The translations under genes were made by a program, and so were the position numbers. A DNA stretch of 63,214 nt, the filler included, from Dugesia japonica (taxonomy: Eukaryota), in NCBI GenBank assembly GCA_001938525.1. It is 6 parts of 6 records of this genome, joined end to end, with 100 filler letters (N's around TTAATTAATTAA, not from the genome) between each part and the next. Parts side by side here need not be neighbours in the genome. Positions count along the whole stretch, not along the records: positions 53,646 to 63,214 come from MQRL01032469.1; 5 more parts are not named here. One strand, given 5' to 3'. The notes under the pieces are model-generated. The model saw only the letters and a list, made by a program, of their open reading frames with translations, was not told where the DNA came from and did not search any database. Positions 54,991 to 63,214 of this stretch are shown one piece after another. The number at the start of each line of letters is the position of its first letter. Within the stretch, counting starts at the first letter, position 1.

Positions 54991-55027
54991 TTAATTCGAT
55001 ATTTCGACTTTCTTCATCAGGAATTAA
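54991..55027 (-). ncRNA. Minimal type-I hammerhead ribozyme in a Penelope-like terminal repeat
   Basis: Minus strand TTAATTC-CTGATGA-AGAAAGTC-GAAA-TATC-GAATTAA: perfect core, 7-bp stem I, palindromic ATAT stem III, AUC cleavage triplet. Followed by the dispersed repeat ...GATCGAAGCTTTTATT...ATCAATGGTT..GTCCA.CAATTATT. Confidence 0.72.
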
Positions 55028-55452
55028 ATTTTCATTTAAAAGTATTTTTGATTATTTTTAGTTAAAATTTTGAAGTATGAAAATTAATAGTTAATGGTGT
55101 TTGAATTTATCTTTGTTTAATCACATCAATTATTTAAAAATATAATTATGCAATTAATAGGTATTAATACGAAAACTTCTAAGAATTTATTGAATTCTTT
55201 ATTAATTATTCCTCATTAATTTTTTTTCTTAAATGAATAATTATTAATTTAATTTTAACCTAAGGAAACCTTTGAATTTCCTACATTTAATTATTATTTT
55301 TTCACTTTAAATTTTACATGGTTGAATAATTTTAATTAATTTACGTGTAATGTTTTTAATTGATTGAGAGGTTAATTATTATTCTTTTAATTATTTTCAT
55401 TTGATTATTATTATTTTATTATTATCGTTTTATTATATTTGATTATTATTAT

Positions 55453-58400
55453 TTTTGGGGTGAAACACCGGTTGATAAAAAACAATAATTGACAATGGCC
55501 TCAAACATAGGCAAAGAAGACAAAAGCAAAAACTATTCGCATTATATTAATTAATAAAAGAACATAAAATACTATTGAATAATGAAAGGGGAGCTGTAAT
55601 CAATAAAGTACTGAGCAGATGATTATATAACGAAGGTGTAATAACATTAATTAAAAAAATTTATTTTTTAACATGAAAAAACAAGAAAAAGAGTATTAAT
55701 CAAAATAAAGAAATAATAGAAAAATTAATTAATTTTATTAAAGAAAAGAACTTAAAATACGAGAAAATCAGTTTGGGACGATTTACTCCGTCTAGGAAAA
55801 TCAGAAGTAGTGCAGCAAAGAAAATTCCGATTCAAAATGATTCACAGCAATTGAATTTCTCAACGGAAAAAAGTTACCAACACCAGAAGAGTTTGTAAAA
55901 AGGGTTTGAAGATTCAACCAATAGCAGACCAGAAAATAAAAACAAAGAAATGGAAAACACGTGGTGTCCTAAAAAAATGGTACAACAGAAAATTGTCAAA
56001 AACTTTAGAATTTTAGGCAAAAACCCAATAAAAAACAAGAATGGCAAAACAAAAATAGCTAGCCAACAAGAAAGTAGTTGGGGTGCACATGAAAAGCTAT
56101 AAAAGCTAGCGAAAATTTAATTCAAAAAACTCAATTTACTTTAAACAATTAAAAATTAACTTGCTCGCTGAAGTTCATCGATTTAAACCACACCTCAAAT
56201 TGGACAGAATTACAGTAAAAGATTTCGCTACATTATAATTTGGACTAATTTTCATTTAAAGGATAATTCAGATTCAGTTAATTCCAATAATTCGTGCTAC
56301 CACAAACACTGTCAGACAAAACCTGTTCCAGAATTTCACTTTATAAATCAAAATAGTAAATAGTACTATGCTATATTTGTTTTATATTTTAGTTATTGAA
56401 TGATTAGGAGTAGAAAAAATTAACGATTAAGTGGCATTTAACTAATTACTAAGTAATATTATGCATCATTAACGGGAGAGATCAAAATTTGTTTTTTATC
56501 AGATACAGACTTTCAACTGCAAAACCAATTCGTTATACTGCGTCATAGATAATATAGTATCTCCAGAAGTAGCATTAGTTTTCCAACCTAAATTTTGCCT
56601 GTGTGTGTCAACTCATCGATCGATAAATTGAATATCAGATTATGATAATCTACTCCTAAAGTAGGTGTGTATAGATATCTTGTCAGACAAAAATATTTGC
56701 TTCACCACGGTAATTTGGCAGCATTGATTAATCTTTCTGGCTGCATATAAAATAATCTTACCAGCAGCAGCATATCATTTGTTACAAAATAAATTTTTCT
56801 TTTACTATATAAACAGAATGAAATGTATCACAACCATCATGGCCGTAGAAAATTCACAACATGAATGGTGAACATGACTATACGAATTTCTTTATACTGG
56901 ATTATTTCTCCTTCGATCGTCTAATGTTTCTAATCCCGGAGATTATTTCACTCGCAATATTAGAGAGAATGTCTTCTCGCTAGCTATCAGAAATCGATAC
57001 CCGTCCGGAAACAGACACTGAACTCACTCCTCTGACTTTTTTGGCTAACAGTAGTGGTATTACCTGGGGCAATGGGGACGAAATTGTTAAGATACTGGTT
57101 CTATCTATTATGAGTTGGGGCAACTAAGTCTCGATTATGATTCTTCAAGCAGAACTATATTTCCAGGAACAGACTATTACCCCGCACATTGCTGTAATCA
57201 CGAAAGGCATTCTTCATCAAAACTTCAGTGTGCGGATATGTTGTCATCTGTCTTCACTACTGACATGTCCACGAATATTGGTATCTCTTTATTATTCCAA
57301 CCATTTATCACCATCTTACCTGCTAGTGGCTTCAGATACAAAATTACTGATTTTGAGTGTGGTTTTCATGTTAATAATTTATAATTATTATTAATTATTA
57401 TGAAAAAATCATTTATTAATATGTCCATAAATTTTCTTTGTTGCGTTCGAGAATGCAACGAGTGTTATGACATACTCGATATGACTGCGTAACTATCATG
57501 GTAACTGCTTTAATAATGACCCGAGTGACATTAGTATTATTAATATTAGTAGTTCTTAGTTATCAATCAGTATGTCATAGGAACTAATGGGTCTAGTTGG
57601 ATTTACTAATTCATTACAGGTCGGATTCGGTTAGCTATAGTGCCGGTGTGCGTAATAGAACTAGTTACTCTGTAATTTAAGGCATCTCGTACCCATCACT
57701 AGGTCACCCTTGCTAAATTGGTATGATGTAACGAATAGTAGTAAACAGCATTAAGTCCTCAGAATAATTATTACTCACCTTCGTAAGGAGTGTGAAATTG
57801 ACTTTATAATTATTACTATTGTAGTATTGTGAACGATGCGATCATTATTATCACTATTAATATTATCATTATTACTGTGACTGTTGTAGTATCACTATTG
57901 CTATTATTAATTTTGTAACTATTTTAACTACTGCTATTGTCATTTATATTAGTATGATTATTACTATTATTATTATTCATTGCATTAATCTTATCATCAT
58001 TAATATTACAAATAGGATTGTTATTATTAGTACTATTATTTTCATAAGCACTAATATTACTGCGATTGATGTAACCTTTATTATTAGTTTTATTGATACT
58101 GGTATCGACATCAGCTCCATTATGATTAATAAGGACTTTGAGATTCTGCATTTGCAGTCGGTGATTTTATGTATTTAAGAAATTGTTATTCATGGTGACA
58201 GTTCCTCATTACAATATCCGTTATTCTGATGAACACTTTAAGGGTGATTCGAAAAGATAGACGAAAGACCCGTCGCAAACAGTTACTAGCTCATATTCTA
58301 TCATTTGAAGAAATCGAACACCCGGATGAGTCTAATTTACAATCCCCTTTAGAGCACTGCGTTGATATAGACATTGATTTTTAATTACATTAATCTACTC

Positions 58401-59875
58401 TTCTGTTTTATGATTTAAATAAAAAAATACCAATCCCTTCTTAATCTGTATTAATTTAAATTTTCTAGTAAACAAGGCTCAGCAAGGTCTAGTGTAGCAA
58501 AGCCCAGTATTAACAACTGGTTGTGGGAGCTCCGCAATTCATCCGGATTGGGGAATAAAGAGAACGTTGACCCAGAGCCCCTACCGGCCAACATCGAAAT
58601 GTCGGATGACACTGAGCATTCATGAAAATTCAATGGTGTTTACTTTTAGTAGTGATTTCTTAGAAGTAAATGAAGTGGAATATCTGATTATGTCTTAAAA
58701 TATTTTTGTTCTTTAGTGTATCAGCACGCTTGATCCGGTATAATTAAATAAGATTGTTTTTCGTCGGATTTAATCTGATTTTTGACACCTAATAAATCTT
58801 TTTATAATAAAATTAATGAATAAATTTTAGTGCTCTCCTCGCCCTAACCAAAAAGGTCTGGGAAGATAGTGAGGACATAGAGATGTCCTAGGACCTTTAT
58901 AGATTAGCTAAGAGGACATGGGACGCCGAGACAGCCGCCAGAACGCCAAAGTAAAGCGCTACCAGCGTAAATGCCGTAACTTTAGAATATAAGCAGAGAC
59001 CTCCAATGCTTAGGAGCGTGCTTGGAAACATCAAGTGGAGTCCTTTGTCGATATTATCCGGTCCCTCCATGACCATGAGAATAAACTGGTATCTGATTTG
59101 TTGGAAATACGGAAGCATGTTCCTCTGGAGGCTTTGATGGTAGATAAATCCACCCTAACTAGAAATTAATTACCTAAATATTTCATTGTAAATAAATATT
59201 ATTGTTACTGCTTTAATATTTTAATTGATCTGACTGGTGTCGTGAATTTATCATCTCTTTATTTTTTTAGTGCCACGAATTCAATTACCCACCAGCCTTT
59301 GCCGTTGTCACCGCCTTATAAAAAATTATTGCTCAAGCGTCACATCAAGCGCCAAAATGAGCGAGCTGTTTTGAGGCACCTAACATAGCACTGTCTAATA
59401 AAAAAATTAGATATCATCGTTAAGAAGGAAGGCGAGTTAGCAGAACATACAAACCAAGTCCTCCTACATAAGATTGCGTTCTTACAGCATTATATTGCCA
59501 ATTTAGCCAATCGCCTTGAGCAGGAGACTTGGACCCGTTGAAATAACAACGATGACGAAGCCGCTTTTAGTTTTATAGATAGCGGGTCTACCCAGTGGTT
59601 AGACCCTGGTGCGCTAGAATTTATGTAATTTAGCGAAAAATATATTTTTATTTGAAGTTTTATTATCAATAATGTTTAATAAATAAAATAATTGGCAAAG
59701 TAATGAACTCGAAATAAAGGTATACGAGTGAGCACTTCAAGTATACGTTGGAAGTCAACCGCTCTGTACCGATAGCTTAATCAGCGGCATTAGGTAAATT
59801 CTAGAAAGGGTCCCATGAGGGCTGATTTTTCCCCAACCATATTTTTCTACTACAAACTCAGGTGGGACCCCAACA
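55453..59875 (+). mobile_element. Giant LTR copy C (4423 bp), solo LTR with 4-bp TSD
   Basis: Starts T(T)TTGGGGTGAAACACCGG, ends GGTGGGACCCCAACA, with TTAT on both flanks. Contains decayed ORF-a (58232-58384), ORF-b (~58480-58625), ORF-c (58831-59169) and ORF-d (59271-59628). Confidence 0.82.
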
Positions 59876-60095
59876 TTATTATTATTACTATTTGGGTTCC
59901 ACCTGAATTTAGAGTAGAACAACACGGCTGGAGAAAAAACAGCTCTCAGTGGACCCTTTCAAGAATTTAACTAATGCCCACACATAAATACACACACATA
60001 TACCTTTACTTTCGGGTTCATTAGTTTTCCCTTAATTTTGGTTATCAAAGAAAGCAAAAATTTTTTTAAAATAAAATTTATATGGGTTTTCTAAA

Positions 60096-60457
60096 TTACA
60101 TAAAGTTGAGAGCACCCGGGTCTAACCACTGGGTTGGCTCGTCATCTAAAAAGTTGAACGCGGCTTCGTCATCGTTGTTGTTCCAACAAATCCACGTTTC
60201 ATTTCCTGGTTGTTTGGCTAAGTCATCTATGTATTTTTGTAAGAAATCGATTTTGTGTTGTAACAACTGTTTGGCCTGCTCGGCTATTTCACCCTGTTTC
60301 CTTAGTATAGCATCCATCTTTTTAATTAACTTGTTTCGCTGAGAAAAGTGCTTTAAAAGAGTCCTTTCGTTTAATCTCTTACAGTGGCATTCCAATAACA
60401 ATTTTTGAATTAATTTGTGGCACCTACAAAGGCCGGTAGGGCGGCGAATTCGTGGCA
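60096..60457 (-). CDS. LTR-borne ORF-d, copy D, intact 120-codon frame
   Basis: ttcttatttcag|TG CCA CGA...WNNNDDEAAFNFLDDEPTQWLDPGALNFM*; three homologs in the window. Confidence 0.7.
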
Positions 60458-60600
60458 CTGAAATAAGAACGTTAAATCAAATATAAGAAGATGGAATAAT
60501 TAGTTTATCACTGTATAATTAGTTAACTAAGGAAAGTAATGAGAACTACAATACTTGGAAACAACTTTTATTAATAGATTAACAGAGAAAATGTTAAAAC

Positions 60601-60954
60601 TCAAGGACGCAAAGTTTGAGTGCCTTTATCGACCATCAGCGGTTCGAGTGGCATGACCTTCCGTAAAAGTAAGATATCTGAGTTTATTCTCACGATCATG
60701 GATGGGCCGGATAATTTCAGTGAACGATTCAACTTGCGATTTCCATAAACGCTCTTGTGCGTGAGAAGCCTCCACTTCTTTCCCAAAGGCTATACTCTTT
60801 ATCTTATATCGTTTAACTTTACTTTCATTTGAGGCGGTGTCCGCCTCCAAGCGTCGTTTCGCCAAACGATAGAGGTCCCACGTCATTTCGGGATCCTCAC
60901 TACTTTCTTTTATTTTCTTAGCGAGAACCATATAGCGGTTAAGAGATGAATGCA
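60601..60954 (-). pseudogene. LTR-borne ORF-c, copy D, one frameshift near 60680
   Basis: ttctgtttttatag|TG CAT: HSSLNRY...DPEMTWDLYRLAKRRLEA...IHDRENKL / LRKVMPLEPLMVDKGTQTLRP*. Confidence 0.78.
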
Positions 60955-63214
60955 CTATAAAAACAGAAGTAAATAAGATAATCACAATCGGTGGATGATG
61001 TAGTTATCAACCCTTAAGCAATCATAGGCATTAAAGTTCATGATTCGACACTAATAAAGTAATAATAAATAGCAAACTGCGTTCGTAACGCTTGTAACGA
61101 CACGAGTACACGACTACTTAATTAAACACTTTTAGCTTTATTATTATTATCAAAACACAATGAATAGCGATAAAACGTAGTTACACTTAATATAATTCAT
61201 TGTCAATCCGCAGCGACATTTTCGAAAGCGCCACCATCTGCATTATTTCGCAACTCCCATAGAGTATTTGTTACGAACTCCTTTAACCCGGAGAAAGGTG
61301 GTAGATGAGCTGACGATACTGGTACGACTGCGAGGCCGTCTTGCCACTCACTCGTGGTCTATAGCTCTTCTATGTTAATGGATGAGAAAGCCGTAACAGT
61401 GTGGTAGACCTCTCGAGTTCGGTCGGGTCCATTCCACTTGTAATATGCGCGCCACTCGGCCGTGTCCCATTCTCGTTCATTATAAATAAATAAATAAATA
61501 TCAATAAATATCAATATACAAAAATGACAATTTTCTTTATAAAACGATCAGGATAAGAGTGAATACCAATGATAATGATAATACTTAACATAATGATTAT
61601 CGCTAAATTCACTAGGTACTTCGATTTGTCATGATTGGCTTCCATAGTCCGTGATGAATCTTAATACTGACTGAAAATTGGATAATTATTTGACGATTAC
61701 TGAGCATAGCTTGAGAAAAACAGGAATGTTAAGCTTACTCCGCAGATTTGTGAGCAAGATCCACCATCACTTGCGAGACACTTTTATTGGGAAAACAAGT
61801 AAAATTTACATATGTCTGGAAATAATGTTGTGAACAGGGGACTATATGGCGTCTGCACAAAGGGGGGATTCGGTTGCATTATGGAATCAGTAGTTGAGGT
61901 TTATATCCAACTGATAAGATCAATGAAACGAGGGTTGACATAGTTACACAGTAATCAGAAAATTCACTAATTTGGCCATAGCAAAGATTGGCTTGATTTA
62001 AAGAGAAATTCCTAAGACGAAAGTTTGCCGACAACACATGTATAACAGATTCACCACGAGTTTATACATGTTTAAATCCAACACGGATTTAATTGTTTAT
62101 TGTTTTTATTGCAACACGAATAGTTTGCAACTATCATTAGAAAATATTTACTATCGAAAATCGATTATCTGACTCAACTGTGATGAGTAATCCATACAGT
62201 TGTGCACACCCGTCCTCTTAATTTCATATCACGGTTACAAAAAAACTGTTTATGTACACATACAGTTGTTGTTGTTAAGCATAACGATGCAAGGCAGTAA
62301 TTCGATTAAAACAGACAATGATGATTTGAATTTTACATGAGGCATTACGATCTAAGTCGATGAATTTTCTGTGGCTCAGTGTGTGACTCAAATGCTTTAA
62401 TAATGGAAATCTTGGTAAATTTAGAAATTCAATAAATCATGTTTGATGTTTAATAGATCGCATAAAGTTAAGCAATTTTAAAAAAATTGTTTATATTTCA
62501 TTTACATAAATATATATAAAATAAATTTCACGGAGCATTACTTACTTGTCTAGTTTAATAATTTCGATTCTGCAGCGGGACTATCTAAATTTTAGTGGTA
62601 ATGTAGAGCGGCTGGGTAATGGATTTCTTCATCTGACTTTCCTTGTGAATAACGTTAATTTCGATTAATCTATAATTTTTTTACTCTGCTATTTTCCCAC
62701 AGATTTCTGTATATGCGTCTCTTCGTTTTTCACTAATTAATCCAAATTAATTGATTTATTCGTGGATAAATTCGTGTGATGATAAGTTAGAAATAGTAGG
62801 ATTCTGTAACACTTGTTAAAACTCAAATTTGAGGGTAATTTTTATCTAAAGTATGTGAGTTTATATATGATTTTCCGATGCAACTCGGCATCATCACAAT
62901 TGGATTTCTATTTTAAACTCGAATTTCTTGCTTCTGATTGGCGATGGTGCCAACTTTCAGATTTTTTCATAGATTTTTAGAGTTTCCATTGGTGGCCTTT
63001 TTTAAGTCATCATGTGATCTTCTGTTCTTTGTTTTATTTTTATTTTCTGGCCTCTCATTGACCCGTTTGTCAAATCCCTGTAAGGGTCTTCCAGCTGATG
63101 ATGAAGTTCTCTAATCGCAAAATCCTGTGCTCTAATGCTTTGTCAAATTTTCTTTTCAGATTTTCTTGCACCAAGTTTCTATGACTTTCCTGAGTGGAGT
63201 TATCTGTAAAAAAC

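Larger units (their letters stand above)
59889..63214 (-). mobile_element. Giant LTR copy D, tail-to-tail with copy C, runs off the window end
   Basis: The end TATTTGGGTTCCACCTG is a degenerate reverse complement of the LTR 3' end. Contains ORF-d, ORF-c and ORF-b; promoter block 62860-63214 is colinear with copy A. Confidence 0.82.

Noticed and set aside
58554-58575. KEN box (NKENVDP) in ORF-b
   Set aside because: Present only in copy C; copy A has AENSDP and copy D has FENVAA.

Overview
AT-rich (by eye roughly 25-30% GC) eukaryotic, metazoan-type DNA. It is made of six unrelated scaffolds joined by artificial 100-bp N44-TTAATTAATTAA-N44 linkers (9634, 23599, 33116, 43825, 53546), so adjacency across the linkers is not biological. 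The ~46-nt introns, (AAT)n tracts and TE spectrum fit a planarian-type flatworm, but that is an inference. The only intact host gene is a four-exon VPS29 (minus strand, 1513-5624). There are also degenerate GPCR exons and many decayed transposons: MULE, mariner, hAT, piggyBac-like MITE, Gypsy gag, and Penelope-type ends with minimal hammerhead ribozymes. The most interesting structure is a family of ~4.4-kb LTR-like units (TGTTGGGGT...ACCCCAACA) present in four divergent copies. Each carries a CCAAT/TATA promoter, an ATG-poor leader exon with a conserved splice donor, and up to four short ORFs conserved at protein level. Most of these ORFs open at a splice acceptor and end at their own stop, and one ends in a dynein-light-chain (LC8)-type KxTQT motif. 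One copy is the 3' LTR of a larger element whose adjacent internal region holds further acceptor-led coiled-coil ORFs and an IAP-type RING finger. This suggests a giant 'complex' LTR retrotransposon with a spliced accessory-gene battery. All alignments and translations were done by eye.
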